A stretch of DNA of 64,000 nucleotides. It comes from Candidatus Saccharimonadota bacterium. GTDB taxonomy: Bacteria > Patescibacteriota > Saccharimonadia > Saccharimonadales > Saccharimonadaceae. Below, piece by piece: positions 39,213 to 50,173 of the stretch; position 1 is the stretch's first letter; each line of letters begins with the position of its first letter. The position numbers were made by a program, and so were the translations under genes. The notes under the pieces are model-generated. The model did no database searches. It had not been told where the DNA came from and was given only the letters and a program-made list of their open reading frames with translations. The DNA lies in contig CAJPNK010000001.1 in the NCBI GenBank assembly GCA_905372095.1, positions 219,521 through 283,520 on the forward strand, written 5' to 3'.

Positions 39213-39791
39213 ATGATAGCTCATCTTTCTGGTGTAATCGCTGAAAAGTTTGGCGCGGGCAGCGTCGTGATTGACGTTCACGGCGTCGGTTACGAAGTTA
39301 GCGTGTCGGCTGGTGATTTTGAGGCGGTGGCGCTGAATCAAGACGTCAAGTTTTATACCTACCACCATGTGCGCGAGCAGGCGGAAGAGCTGTTCGGTTT
39401 TTCTAGTTTGGCGGCAAAAAAACTGTTTGAAATGCTGATTACTGTTCAGGGCGTCGGTCCGAAAGCAGCGTTAGCAATTCTCAGCTTGGGCGATGCGGAA
39501 CAGGTACGCAACGCCATTGCCAACGCTGACAGTGCTTTTGTGCAAAAAGCTGCTGGTATTGGCAAAAAAACTGCCGAGCGGGTGGTGGTTGATCTGAGCG
39601 ATAAGGTTGGCTTGCCAGCGCATTACGGTCGAGCGGACACCCCGGTCCAGACTAAATTGAATACTTCTGACGAAGCTTTAGAAGCGCTGATGGCGCTAGG
39701 CTATACCTTGGCTGACGCCACTAAGGCTTTGGAAAATGTTGACACTAATTTACCGACGGCGCAGCGGGTGACGGAAGCATTGAAGGGATAA
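39213..39791 (+). CDS. ruvA: Holliday junction branch migration protein RuvA
   Basis: VHGVGYEV, VQGVGPKAAL, GIGKKTAER. Confidence 0.96.
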   Translation: MIAHLSGVIAEKFGAGSVVIDVHGVGYEVSVSAGDFEAVALNQDVKFYTYHHVREQAEELFGFSSLAAKKLFEMLITVQGVGPKAALAILSLGDAEQVRNAIANADSAFVQKAAGIGKKTAERVVVDLSDKVGLPAHYGRADTPVQTKLNTSDEALEALMALGYTLADATKALENVDTNLPTAQRVTEALKG

Positions 39792-39804
39792 AACGGCTTA
39801 ATTT

Positions 39805-40815
39805 ATGGCAATTCAAAGAATAGTCGACACTAGTCCGCACGATGATGACGCCGAGGAGCAGCGGATTGAAGTCAGTCTGCGTCCACAGAGTTTTAGCGAG
39901 TATGTTGGCCAGGAGCGGTTGAAACGTAATCTGCGGTTGGCGATTGAGGCGGCGAAGAAGCGTAGCGAGCCGCTGGATCATGTGCTACTCTACGGCCCGC
40001 CAGGATTGGGCAAGACGACCATGGCGACGGTGATCGCTAACGAGATGGGCACGAATTTGCGCATTACCAGCGGCCCGGCCATTGAAAAGGCGGGTGATTT
40101 GGCGTCAATTTTGACCAATTTGGCAGACGGCGATATTTTGTTCATTGATGAGATTCATCGGCTCGGCCGGGCGGTGGAAGAGATTTTATATTCGGCCATG
40201 GAAGATTTCAAGCTGGATATCGTCATCGGCAAAGGGCCGGCAGCTCGGTCAATTCGGCTGGATCTGCCGCGGTTTACGGTGATTGGCGCGACGACGCGGA
40301 CGGGTAGTCTGGCAGCCCCACTGCGCGATCGGTTTGGGCATATTTATCGATTGGAGTTTTATGAGCCAGAGGATATCGCTAAAATCGTGACGCGGAGCGC
40401 AGCCATTTTGGAATCGTCGATTCGGCATGAAGCGGCGAACCTGTTATCAACGCGGGCCCGCCTGACACCGCGCATCGCCAATCGCCTGCTCAAACGCGTG
40501 CGCGACTATGCCGACGTCAATGGTGATGGCATAATTGATGTTAAAACGACAACGAGTGCGCTAGAAATGCTGGAAGTGGACGAGCTGGGCTTGGATCCGG
40601 CTGACCGTAATTTACTGCAATCAATCCTGGAAAATTATGGCGATAATCCCGTGGGGCTAACGACCATTGCCGCCTTGACTGGCGATGAAGCAACGACGAT
40701 TGAGGATTTCTATGAGCCGTATCTACTACAAATTGGCTTCATTGAACGCACGCCTCGCGGCCGCCGGGTAACGATTAAGGCGAAGCGGCATCTCGGCAAT
40801 GCAGGGAATTTATAG
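39805..40815 (+). CDS. ruvB: Holliday junction helicase RuvB
   Basis: [29 protein letters not shown]. Confidence 0.97.
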   Translation: MAIQRIVDTSPHDDDAEEQRIEVSLRPQSFSEYVGQERLKRNLRLAIEAAKKRSEPLDHVLLYGPPGLGKTTMATVIANEMGTNLRITSGPAIEKAGDLASILTNLADGDILFIDEIHRLGRAVEEILYSAMEDFKLDIVIGKGPAARSIRLDLPRFTVIGATTRTGSLAAPLRDRFGHIYRLEFYEPEDIAKIVTRSAAILESSIRHEAANLLSTRARLTPRIANRLLKRVRDYADVNGDGIIDVKTTTSALEMLEVDELGLDPADRNLLQSILENYGDNPVGLTTIAALTGDEATTIEDFYEPYLLQIGFIERTPRGRRVTIKAKRHLGNAGNL

Positions 40816-40847
40816 TATACTACAAGTAGTATAAACGAGGAGGTATC

Positions 40848-41621
40848 ATGGACGATGACGATAGCCGCAGACCAGTCGCTTACGACGCTGAAGGACGTCC
40901 GTTATACACAGCTTCACAGCAGCAAGAGCAGGCTACTGGCGCAGAATCGGCTGTGCAAACCAACCCAGTATCAGTCACCGACTCTGGCAAGCAGGTTGTG
41001 CATGTAGCGCGCTCAACCGAGCCGATTCCGGTTCATATTTCCGAAGAGACCCGCCGCAAGCACGAGGAATCATGCCGCCTCTACCCGTGGCTTAATCTCA
41101 GCGAGCATGAATATGTCATTCAAATGATTCCGCGGCACAGCATTGGTATTTGGGGGCCGACATTTGCGATGATTCTTGCAATTATTTTGGTGTCAGTTTT
41201 CATGTTTTGCTACCCTGATATTGCTAAGCCGATTGGCTTGGCGCAATCAATGTATCCGCAGGTTATTTTGATTTGCTTGATGGTGATTATTTTATTTGGT
41301 ATCGGTTTGTATATAGCGATTTGGGTATATATGCAAAATCGCTTTTTCTTGACTAACGAAAGTGTTATTCAAGAAATTCAAATAAGCTTGTTTTCAAAAC
41401 GCGAACAAACAGTTAGCCTGATGAATATCGAGGACTCTAGCTACTCGCAAAAAGGTATTCTACAAACTTTATTTAATTACGGCTCGATTCGGTTAAGTAC
41501 CGAGGGCGACGAAACGACCTATCGCTTTAGCTATGTTGCTGATCCAAAAAACCAAGTAGCGGTTCTTAATAATGCTGTTGAGGCGTTCAAGAATGGCCGC
41601 CCAGTTACGAATGATGACTAG
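40848..41621 (+). CDS. Two-TM protein with bacterial PH (bPH_2-like) domain
   Basis: FFLTNESVI...GILQTLFNYGSIRLST. Confidence 0.7.
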   Translation: MDDDDSRRPVAYDAEGRPLYTASQQQEQATGAESAVQTNPVSVTDSGKQVVHVARSTEPIPVHISEETRRKHEESCRLYPWLNLSEHEYVIQMIPRHSIGIWGPTFAMILAIILVSVFMFCYPDIAKPIGLAQSMYPQVILICLMVIILFGIGLYIAIWVYMQNRFFLTNESVIQEIQISLFSKREQTVSLMNIEDSSYSQKGILQTLFNYGSIRLSTEGDETTYRFSYVADPKNQVAVLNNAVEAFKNGRPVTNDD

Positions 41622-41625
41622 CTGA

Positions 41626-42024
41626 TTATTTCTTGTGATCGCGATTAGTCTTGGTGTAAGTATCTTCACGCTCCATTGAACTGCGTAGCGTGTAGCCAGT
41701 GCATCGATTTTCGTTATTGCAACCTGTTGATTCGTAGACGTAGTTACTGCCGCTGTTGCCAAGTTTTTTACCTTTCGGATCAGTGAAAAGAGCAGGGTCG
41801 ACGGTGCGCAGCGTTTTGCTGTCAATCGAAGCCGGATAGTAGCCGTTTTTAGCGTAGAAATACTCTTCCAATCCGTAATACATCGCGTTGATAGCGACTT
41901 TACGCTGATTGTCGCGAGCAGTGGCATCGATAGTTGCTTTTTCATTAAAAAATAGCCAGCTGCCAACTCCAAGTAAAACTATCACCAGTAAAAGTTCAAT
42001 AACTGTGAAGCCGTTTTGTTTCAT
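41626..42024 (-). CDS. Prepilin/pseudopilin with class III signal peptide
   Basis: MKQNG|FTVIELLLVIV; C-terminal Cys pair; start reassigned to 42024. Confidence 0.88.
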   Translation of the reverse strand: MKQNGFTVIELLLVIVLLGVGSWLFFNEKATIDATARDNQRKVAINAMYYGLEEYFYAKNGYYPASIDSKTLRTVDPALFTDPKGKKLGNSGSNYVYESTGCNNENRCTGYTLRSSMEREDTYTKTNRDHKK

Positions 42025-42091
42025 ACTTACCATTATACCAAAAACTGCGTCGCTCATGTATAATTAAAGATATCAGCAAGAAAGGGGAGAT

Positions 42092-43135
42092 ATGGCGAAG
42101 AAAAGCGAACCAAAAACATCTGCAGATAAGCCAGCGGCTGACGACGGCAAGTTAAAGGCGTTGGGTTTGGCGATGGAGCAGATTACCAAGCAGTTTGGCG
42201 ACGGCTCAATCATGAAGCTAGGAGAGGCTAAAAAAGTTGATGTCGAGCTATTGCCAAGTGGTAGTCTGAGCTTAGATTTGGCGCTGGGCGGCGGTTATCC
42301 GAAAGGTCGAATTATCGAGATTTATGGTCCAGAATCAAGTGGTAAGACAACCTTGACGCTGCATGCTATCGCCGAAATGCAAAAACAAGGCGGGACGGCA
42401 GCCTTTATTGATGCCGAGCATGCGCTTGATCCAGCATATGCTAAACGGCTTGGCGTTGACACTGATAATTTGCTAGTATCGCAGCCCGACAACGGCGAGC
42501 AAGCGCTGGAAATCGTCGAAACGCTTGTGCGCTCAAATGCCGTTGACCTAATAGTAGTTGATTCGGTAGCAGCGTTGGTGCCGCAAGCTGAAATCGACGG
42601 TGATATGGGTGATTCGCACATGGGTTTGCAAGCGCGATTAATGAGCCAAGCACTACGTAAACTAACTGGTATTATTAACAAGTCGAAGGCTACAGTAATC
42701 TTCATCAATCAAATCCGCATGAAAATCGGTGTGATGTTCGGCAACCCCGAGACAACTACTGGCGGTAATGCGCTTAAGTTTTACGCATCGGTGCGAGCAG
42801 ACATTCGCCGAATTGGGCAAATCAAGGACGGTGATGAAATTCGCGGTAATCGCACGCGCGTCAAAATTGTTAAGAACAAAATTGCGCCGCCATTCCGCAC
42901 AGCCGAGTTTGATATCATGTATAATGAAGGTATCAGCAAGACGGGCGATGTTGTCGATCTGGGTGTTCAGTACGGAATCTTGAGCAAATCTGGAGCATTT
43001 TATAAGTATAATGATGCAACGATCGGCCAAGGCCGCGAAGCTACTAAAAGATACTTGAAAGAAAATCCAGAAGTCCTGGCTGAGATTGACGCTAAAGTTC
43101 GCGAAAAAGTTGCCGAACCAGAACCGAAAGATTAG
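42092..43135 (+). CDS. recA: Recombinase RecA
   Basis: [29 protein letters not shown]. Confidence 0.98.
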   Translation: MAKKSEPKTSADKPAADDGKLKALGLAMEQITKQFGDGSIMKLGEAKKVDVELLPSGSLSLDLALGGGYPKGRIIEIYGPESSGKTTLTLHAIAEMQKQGGTAAFIDAEHALDPAYAKRLGVDTDNLLVSQPDNGEQALEIVETLVRSNAVDLIVVDSVAALVPQAEIDGDMGDSHMGLQARLMSQALRKLTGIINKSKATVIFINQIRMKIGVMFGNPETTTGGNALKFYASVRADIRRIGQIKDGDEIRGNRTRVKIVKNKIAPPFRTAEFDIMYNEGISKTGDVVDLGVQYGILSKSGAFYKYNDATIGQGREATKRYLKENPEVLAEIDAKVREKVAEPEPKD

Positions 43136-43275
43136 AAGTAAAAAGAAAATAGCCCGCTAGAAGTATATTCGAGCTAAGTTTAGTGGTGTGGTGTCTTTGA
43201 ATACTCTGATAATTTATGCGAACTATAGTAGCTTGCTAGTCGGTAAATGGCCGCTTTTTCAGCTATAATAATGAT

Positions 43276-43950
43276 ATGGCCCAGCAGCAAGAACGATATA
43301 CTGTGACGGCGCTTTCGCCGCAAATCCGCGATTTGGATCGCGTCAATGTGTATATTGATGGCAAATATGATTTTAGCCTGGATATTTCGCAGGTTGTTGA
43401 TCTTGGAATTAAGGCTGGCCAGGTTTTATCGAAAGAGGAGTTAGCTAATCTCAAGCAAGAGAGTGAATTCGGCAAAGTATATGCCCGAGCACTTGAGTAT
43501 GTATTGATGCGGCCGCGCAGTAGCAGCGAAGTGCGCGATTATCTTTACCGCAAAACATTGGCTCGTAAATATAAAAATAGAAAAACTGGTAAGTTAGCGG
43601 AAAAACCAGGTGTCGCTAAAACTGTGGCGGAGCGTGTTTTTGCGAAGTTGCAAGCGCGCGGTTATATTGACGATCAGAAATTTGCTAACTGGTGGGTTGA
43701 AAATCGATACCAAGCTAAGGGCGTATCAATGCGAAAGCTGCGTAGCGAATTGGCGACAAAAGGTATAGCACAAACAATCATTGATTCGGTAATCGCAGAT
43801 TCGTCGCGTAGTGATATCGACGAGCTGGCTAAAGTTATTGCTAAAAAACGCCGGCGTTACTCTGATGAGCAAAAGTTTATGCAATATCTAGCGCGCCAGG
43901 GGTTTAGCTTCGATGATATCAAAACTGCTTTGCGCCGAGAAGATTGCTAA
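43276..43950 (+). CDS. recX: RecX family regulator
   Basis: RPRSSSEVRDYL, GYIDDQKFA, YLARQGFS; follows recA. Confidence 0.9.
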   Translation: MAQQQERYTVTALSPQIRDLDRVNVYIDGKYDFSLDISQVVDLGIKAGQVLSKEELANLKQESEFGKVYARALEYVLMRPRSSSEVRDYLYRKTLARKYKNRKTGKLAEKPGVAKTVAERVFAKLQARGYIDDQKFANWWVENRYQAKGVSMRKLRSELATKGIAQTIIDSVIADSSRSDIDELAKVIAKKRRRYSDEQKFMQYLARQGFSFDDIKTALRREDC

Positions 43951-44525
43951 TCAATATCCGAATTCTGTCGAGCTTGCTTTGGTTTGCGGAACGGATTGAT
44001 ATAGCTACCGACTACTTCATGAAGTTCTGGCTCAGGGGCTTTAGCTTGGGAATGAACGACAATTGAATCGTTATTAATCTCGATAATCTGGCTGCGATGT
44101 ACCAAAATCTCAGTATCATTGAAACTACGCAGTAGCGGCCGCTTGACCGACAGTTGCATAATGAGAAACTGCGTGGTATCTATTGTGAAATCGATGACTT
44201 TACCAAGTTTATGGCGTTTTTCATCAAGTACCAGTTTGCCGATGATATCAAACTTTAGCTGGTAGACGTCGTTGACGCGCACAACGTCGGTCGGAGCTAT
44301 GAATTGGTCGATGTCGTCGACAATGAAGCCCATATTGCTCAGTTCGCGGACATCGCTAAGCAACATCAGCGCGGGGTGTTGCTGAATTAGTGGCCCTGAC
44401 ACTTCGAAGGCGATAATTTGCAGATTGGCGGGATTAATGATTGCGCGGGTTGTGCGCGCTACCTTGCCGCCAGTTTGAATGCTGAATATTTCTGCATTGA
44501 GTACCGCTGAACCGAGTAAAATCAT
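43947..44525 (-). CDS. PRC-barrel domain protein
   Basis: IIGKLVLDEKRHKLGKVIDFTID tandem PRC-like pattern. Confidence 0.65.
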   Translation of the reverse strand: MILLGSAVLNAEIFSIQTGGKVARTTRAIINPANLQIIAFEVSGPLIQQHPALMLLSDVRELSNMGFIVDDIDQFIAPTDVVRVNDVYQLKFDIIGKLVLDEKRHKLGKVIDFTIDTTQFLIMQLSVKRPLLRSFNDTEILVHRSQIIEINNDSIVVHSQAKAPEPELHEVVGSYINPFRKPKQARQNSDID

Positions 44526-44528
44526 AGA

Positions 44529-44804
44529 CTAAAACGGGTTTGTCCTATCGTTGGCTGGCGGCGGCGTGCTCGGTGCGTTGCCAGCTGATTTTAGCTTGCG
44601 GATGCGTTTGATGGTAGTATCATCAAAACTAGCGGAGGTGCTAGCTTGCGGTTCTTCTGCTGGCGTAGTGAGTGTTTGGTAGAGTAGGATGGTAGCAACT
44701 GACAATCCGCCGGCAGCTAACATGAAAAACAATAAAAAGTGATACCGGCCAAAGAATTTAGCTGTCTTTGCGCCAAGAATGCGAAATGCGTCTGAGACTT
44801 CCAT
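44529..44804 (-). CDS. Small single-TM protein at end of pil operon (PilP-position)
   Basis: One TM, C-terminal RTNPF; coupled to upstream gene. Confidence 0.65.
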   Translation of the reverse strand: MEVSDAFRILGAKTAKFFGRYHFLLFFMLAAGGLSVATILLYQTLTTPAEEPQASTSASFDDTTIKRIRKLKSAGNAPSTPPPANDRTNPF

Positions 44805-45412
44805 TATTTTGTATATACCTCCAGAGTTAGTGCGCTAACTGTGATGCCGTTGTTGTCGTCTTTGGCTAAGGCTAGGTTAGAAATTTGCATCCGGAAAAGC
44901 CCTTGTTCTAAAGAGCGCAAGAAAATGTATGCTTGCTCATAGGATACCGGATTACTCAAGTTAACGGTAGCGGTAACCGATTTGAAGCCGTCTGGCGCCG
45001 GTTTTTTAGTGTTCTTGGCGGTGCTAGACGACGATGAGCTTGATGAGCTGCTGGATTTGCTTTCATTTGCTGAAAAATCGATTGAAGCGATTTTAATACC
45101 AGCGCTATTTGCGTGATTTTCGATGTCGCTGACAATTTGATCTTGATAATGATATTTCTTGCTGGTTGAAACAATTTGTTCAGCGCGTTTTACGTCGCTT
45201 TTGCTATTGTCTAGTTTCGATTTGAGGCTTGAAAGGGCTTGTAATTCGTTGCTAGAGGCTTGTGCTTCGGTATTGAGTTTGCGGGTTTCTTCTGCATATT
45301 TAACAATCTCTTGGTGTCCGAAGACGAAACTGCCTGCGCCCGCCGCCGCAATAACTAGTAGGCTCACGATAAGCAAAATGCGGAATGTAGTTGGTTTTAG
45401 AACGAATTTCAT
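44804..45412 (-). CDS. PilO-like type IV pilus alignment protein
   Basis: TM, coiled coil, YEQAYIFLRSLE ferredoxin-like end; operon order. Confidence 0.7.
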   Translation of the reverse strand: MKFVLKPTTFRILLIVSLLVIAAAGAGSFVFGHQEIVKYAEETRKLNTEAQASSNELQALSSLKSKLDNSKSDVKRAEQIVSTSKKYHYQDQIVSDIENHANSAGIKIASIDFSANESKSSSSSSSSSSSTAKNTKKPAPDGFKSVTATVNLSNPVSYEQAYIFLRSLEQGLFRMQISNLALAKDDNNGITVSALTLEVYTK

Positions 45413-45975
45413 GGCAGTACCTTCTTTGAATAGATTACAGTGTAATTTGCCTGAAATGTATTGTCGCCAATTTCGTGCGTAGCGTTTGATAGGCTAACAC
45501 TGTCAAAAACTTTAACTTTATTGATAGACGTCTCCTGCAAGCTATTTTTAACTTCAATGGCTTGCGCGTACGAACTGACGTGGGTTTGAATTTGCACGGA
45601 AGCAGTTCCAAAAGTCGTCGGGTCGATTGATATGCCAGTGAGCGAGGCGCCGTTTGGCAACCTCCTAGCAATCGCATTTAGAATATCAGTATATGGCGCT
45701 TGAGTGTCAAGAATGTATTTTGCTACCCGCAGGTTAGAGCGATACTTTTCGGCATCGCTCTTGACCGAGCTGAAGGCTGAAGATTTACTTTGATTGTCAT
45801 TTATGGTTTCTCTACTGGCAGACTGGTTGAATACTAGCATAAAATACGAGCTGATTAGTTCAACTACGATAATCACAACAACTATCAGCGACATGACAAC
45901 ATAGCGCATCAAAATTGAGTTAGCCCGGGCAGCCTTAATTTGCTTGCGTTCTTCGGGTGAGAGTAGGTTGATCAT
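45409..45975 (-). CDS. pilN: PilN-like protein
   Basis: MINLLS PilM-binding motif, TM, LPNGASL. Confidence 0.85.
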   Translation of the reverse strand: MINLLSPEERKQIKAARANSILMRYVVMSLIVVVIIVVELISSYFMLVFNQSASRETINDNQSKSSAFSSVKSDAEKYRSNLRVAKYILDTQAPYTDILNAIARRLPNGASLTGISIDPTTFGTASVQIQTHVSSYAQAIEVKNSLQETSINKVKVFDSVSLSNATHEIGDNTFQANYTVIYSKKVLP

Positions 45976-47030
45976 TTTTTTACCTCCGATGGCCGTACGC
46001 TAGCCAGACCAGCGACGGTGATGTAGCGCGGACGAAACTGGCGGTGCGGTTTTTCAAGCGACCCGAAATCAAGATCTTGCCACGGGCTAGCGACGCGGGC
46101 CGGCAAAATGAAAGCGTTAGTAAAGTATTCGCCGATACCTGGCATGTTTGCGCCGCCGCCAACGATAAGAATTTGCTCGATTTTTTTATCCTCCGAAATA
46201 CGTTCGCTGTAGTAACGGATGACCTTCTTGGCTTCTCCGACGATACGACCGAGGCTTGGTTTGAGGGCGGCTTCAATTTTGTCATGATCATCGCTTTGCC
46301 CGAGGCCGTTGAGGACTTTATACTGGTGAGCTTTTTCTAGCGACACTTGCATTTTACTAGCGATATCTAGAGTGAAGTTATTGCCGCCGACATTAGCCGA
46401 ACCGGTAATGAGAATTGCTGAATCCTCCAGGACGGCAATATCGGTACTGGTGGCGCCGACGTCGATAACTAGCGTGGTGCGATTGCCTTCCTCGGTTTTA
46501 GTCAGGATGCGGGCGACCGCATTCATGCTCGGTTCAACGGCAACTGGACGCAGATCGACTTCCTTGGCAACTTGCGTAACTGCATCAACCAGTGCGCGCG
46601 GTGCGGCCGAGACGACAACCATCAGGGTCTCTTTGGTGCGTTTAATAATTTCGTAGTCAGTGTATAACGAGTCTGACGGTACCGGTATATAGCGTTCGAC
46701 TTCTAGCTGGGCAGCGCTGGCAATATGCTTTTCTTCGCTCGCTGGCAGAGTAAAGGTGCGCGAATAAGTGCGGCTCGTTGGCAAGCCAATTACTACGTGG
46801 TTAGAAGGCAGAGAGCCGATAATGCGATCTCGAAACATATTGGCTATGTGCTCGCGCAGATACTCGTGGTCGTCGGTGTCGAGCGCCTCCTGTGTCTTAA
46901 CCGGGTCAAGATCGACTGAGCCGTAGCCGCGAACGTCAGCGTGTTTCTGGTTGATGGCCATGACTTTAACACCAGTATAATTGATGTCGAGCCCGATGAT
47001 CGGTTTGTCTTTGAAAAATAGTTTTACCAT
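45972..47030 (-). CDS. pilM: Type IV pilus assembly protein PilM
   Basis: IGLDI, VIDVGATST, IVGGGANMPG actin-like fold. Confidence 0.92.
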   Translation of the reverse strand: MVKLFFKDKPIIGLDINYTGVKVMAINQKHADVRGYGSVDLDPVKTQEALDTDDHEYLREHIANMFRDRIIGSLPSNHVVIGLPTSRTYSRTFTLPASEEKHIASAAQLEVERYIPVPSDSLYTDYEIIKRTKETLMVVVSAAPRALVDAVTQVAKEVDLRPVAVEPSMNAVARILTKTEEGNRTTLVIDVGATSTDIAVLEDSAILITGSANVGGNNFTLDIASKMQVSLEKAHQYKVLNGLGQSDDHDKIEAALKPSLGRIVGEAKKVIRYYSERISEDKKIEQILIVGGGANMPGIGEYFTNAFILPARVASPWQDLDFGSLEKPHRQFRPRYITVAGLASVRPSEVKK

Positions 47031-47065
47031 GGATGCCCTTTTCTATATACAGTATAGCATAAGTT

Positions 47066-48292
47066 TTATTGTTTAATACTCGTTGATAAGCCAGCAATTG
47101 GCATCATAACGCTAGCGGCAATCAGCCCCACCATGCCGCCCATCAACACGATCATTACCGGTTCAATAATTGAGCCGATACTGTCGATGGCGACATCAAC
47201 TTCTTCTTCGTAAAAGTCGGCTACTTTGACTAGTACGACGTCGGTTTGGCCAGTTTCTTCGCCGACAGCTAGCATCTGCGAGACGATTGGCGGGAATAAT
47301 CCAGTTTTTTCGATGATTGTTGATAAGTTTTTGCCGTTTTCGACTTCCTTGGCAGCTTTCAGCAGAGCTTCCTCGTAAACAACATTGCCGACTGAATGCG
47401 AAGTGACTTCAAGCGATTCTAGAACAGCCGCGCCAGACCCCATGAGCGCCGAAAACGTACGAGCAAAGCGGGCGACAGCCACTTTTTGAATAATGCCGTT
47501 AATCGCTGGTATTTTGAGTACAAAACGGTGAAAAGTATGCTTGCCAGCGGTAGTATTGAGCCAGCGCCGCAAGAAATAGATAGCAGCAATTAATACCGGT
47601 ATTAGCAAGTACCCTTTGGTCGTCAAAAAACCGCTAATTGAGAGCATGACCTGAGTTAAGGCTGGCAGCTCGGCATCTTCGCCGCCAAAACCTTTAATCA
47701 TTTCGCCGATTTGCGGGATGACAAACACCATTAAAACCAAAAAGGCCATAATAGTAATAACCAGCAAAACTAACGGATAAGTCATCGCTCCTTTAATTTT
47801 TTTGCGGATGCCAGCGCTTTTTTCTTGCTGAATAGCTAGGCGCCTAAGGATATCGTCGAGAATACCGCCAGCTTCGCCAGCGCGCACCATATTGACATAA
47901 ACATCGTTAAAAGTAGCTGGATGTTTGCCCAGGGCATCGGCTAGCTGCATACCAGATTGAACATCCTTAATGATATCGCCAAGGACTGCTTTGAGGGCTG
48001 GACTATCGGTGTGATCATGCTGCGAAGAAAGTGCTCGCAGCAACGGCACGCCAGCGCTAACCATGGCGCTCATCTGGCGGGTGAACATCACGATGTCGTC
48101 GGTTTTAACTTTTTTCTTGCCGCCGCCAAAACTAATACTGGCTAGTCCTTTCTTTTCAAGCGAGTCAATACTGAGAGGTGACAAACCTTGCTTGGTTAGG
48201 GCGGATAAAACTCCAGGCCGATCGCTAGCCTCAATTTTGCCTTGGACAACATCGCCGGATTTGTTGGTCGCAACATAGGAAAAGGACGGCAT
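47066..48292 (-). CDS. pilC: Type IV pilus platform protein PilC (GspF family)
   Basis: FTRQMSAMVSAGVPL, MVRAGEAGG, VGEETG, IEP. Confidence 0.95.
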   Translation of the reverse strand: MPSFSYVATNKSGDVVQGKIEASDRPGVLSALTKQGLSPLSIDSLEKKGLASISFGGGKKKVKTDDIVMFTRQMSAMVSAGVPLLRALSSQHDHTDSPALKAVLGDIIKDVQSGMQLADALGKHPATFNDVYVNMVRAGEAGGILDDILRRLAIQQEKSAGIRKKIKGAMTYPLVLLVITIMAFLVLMVFVIPQIGEMIKGFGGEDAELPALTQVMLSISGFLTTKGYLLIPVLIAAIYFLRRWLNTTAGKHTFHRFVLKIPAINGIIQKVAVARFARTFSALMGSGAAVLESLEVTSHSVGNVVYEEALLKAAKEVENGKNLSTIIEKTGLFPPIVSQMLAVGEETGQTDVVLVKVADFYEEEVDVAIDSIGSIIEPVMIVLMGGMVGLIAASVMMPIAGLSTSIKQ

Positions 48293-50077
48293 CTATGATT
48301 CCCTCGTAACACGCAACACCTCGTCGAGCGTAGTGTTGCCGCGTAATGTTTTAACTAATCCATCAGATTGCATTGTAATCATTCCCTCCTTGATTGCTTG
48401 ATCTTGAATCTGGTTGCTAGTGGCGTCGGAAGTTATCATTTTTTGAATTTCGCGCGACATGCCCAACACTTCGTAAATACCGACGCGCCCCTTGAAGCCG
48501 ACGTGTCCGCACTCGTCGCAGCCGCCTGGGTGCGCTCGCCAGAGGGTGCGAATAGTAGTCTCGTCGGTGCCAGCTGGTGTGTCGCCGCCGACTTTTTGCT
48601 CGATGGCTTGTAATTCTAGATCATGAATATGTGCAAACGTTTGGTCTGGACGCAGATTGAATAGCGAGACTATTTCGTTGATTTCGTCTGGCGTCGGTAC
48701 GTATTGTTCGCGGCAGTTCATGCACAGTCGTCGTACTAAGCGCTGACCGACGACCGCCTTGACTGTTGAAGCGATCAAAAATGGTTCAATTCCCATATCT
48801 AATAAGCGTGGCAAACAAGTAGCGGCGTTATTAGTGTGCAGCGTCGAAAATACCAAGTGCCCAGTCAATGCCGCCTGCACGCCTAGGTTGGCTGTCTCGC
48901 CGTCGCGAATCTCGCCGACCATGATGATGTTCGGATCTTGGCGCAGCAGTGCTCGCAACCCCGAGGCGAAAGTCATACCAGCTTTGGCGTTGGTTTGGGT
49001 TTGGTTGACGCCGGGGATTTTGTATTCGACTGGATCCTCAATAGTCGAGATATTAACTTCCGGCGTGTTTAGCATAGATAGCACTGAAAATAAGGAAGTA
49101 GACTTGCCGCTACCAGTTGGTCCGGTTACTAGAATCATGCCGTTTGGTTCGGCAATAGCGTTATTTATGATGGCTAGCGATCTGCCCCAATAACCAAGCT
49201 GCTGTAGCGTAATTGCTTGGTTGGATTCGTCGAGAATTCGCATGACAACTTTCTCGCCGTCGGTAATTGGCAGAGTGCTAACGCGCAAGGCGTATTGTTT
49301 GCCAGCGACTTTAATTTTGAAGCGGCCGTCTTGCGGCACGCGACGCTCGTCGATTTTTAGATTAGATAAAATTTTGATACGGCTAACCAATGCATTAAGG
49401 ACGTTGCGCGGTAATTGGTTGACTTCTTTAAGTACGCCATCGATGCGGTAGCGTACTTGCACGAAATTCTCACGCGGCTCGATGTGAATATCTGAGGCCT
49501 GAGAACGGATAGCATATTCTAACAGCAAATTAACGGTTTGGGCGATTGGCGAATCCTCGGCAACATCAGCTTCGGAGACTTTCTGATCCGAGCCGTCATC
49601 TTCGCGCTGCACGTCAATGACTTCATTGAGCTCTTGATTGACATCGCCGCGATAATTTTCTAAACATTGCAAGATATTAGAATGCGGTGCGATATAAATT
49701 TTAGTATTGCTGCCGATCTCTTTCTCGATAAAATTAGTAGCCAGCACATCATCTGGATCATCCATCGCCAAGTGCATGGTACCGTCTTCGTCGATTTGAA
49801 AAATCACTGCATTGTATTGGCGGGCGATACGCTCTGGGATGCGGTTCAGTACCTCGCTCGGAATATTACGTGGATCGACCTCAATGTAAGGTATATCGGC
49901 GTATTGCGCGAAAAGCTTTGTCAAGTCGGTTTCAGATACAAGCTTTGAATCTAATACAATATCTTGCAGCGGCCGCGAAGAACGCTCCGCCTCTTCCATT
50001 AGCGGTTTGAGAGTTTCTTCGGTCGCAATATTATTACGCGTCAGAATCTTGACCAGAGTATTATTTAGGATCCTCAT
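48293..50077 (-). CDS. pilB: Type IV pilus assembly ATPase PilB (GspE family)
   Basis: ASDIHIEP, GPTGSGKST, LRQDPN, STLHTN, Zn-binding Cys pairs. Confidence 0.96.
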   Translation of the reverse strand: MRILNNTLVKILTRNNIATEETLKPLMEEAERSSRPLQDIVLDSKLVSETDLTKLFAQYADIPYIEVDPRNIPSEVLNRIPERIARQYNAVIFQIDEDGTMHLAMDDPDDVLATNFIEKEIGSNTKIYIAPHSNILQCLENYRGDVNQELNEVIDVQREDDGSDQKVSEADVAEDSPIAQTVNLLLEYAIRSQASDIHIEPRENFVQVRYRIDGVLKEVNQLPRNVLNALVSRIKILSNLKIDERRVPQDGRFKIKVAGKQYALRVSTLPITDGEKVVMRILDESNQAITLQQLGYWGRSLAIINNAIAEPNGMILVTGPTGSGKSTSLFSVLSMLNTPEVNISTIEDPVEYKIPGVNQTQTNAKAGMTFASGLRALLRQDPNIIMVGEIRDGETANLGVQAALTGHLVFSTLHTNNAATCLPRLLDMGIEPFLIASTVKAVVGQRLVRRLCMNCREQYVPTPDEINEIVSLFNLRPDQTFAHIHDLELQAIEQKVGGDTPAGTDETTIRTLWRAHPGGCDECGHVGFKGRVGIYEVLGMSREIQKMITSDATSNQIQDQAIKEGMITMQSDGLVKTLRGNTTLDEVLRVTRES

Positions 50078-50173
50078 AATTCTTATGCTAATTGTAGCGC
50101 ATTTTATTTAGAAAAGCTATCAATGCAGCGCAGATTGGTAAAGGATGGTCAAATCGAGTATAATAACAGAGAT

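Noticed and set aside
43222..43240. CGAACTATAGTAGC as a LexA (Cheo) box near recA/recX
   Set aside because: Right half-site has two mismatches and no box precedes recA
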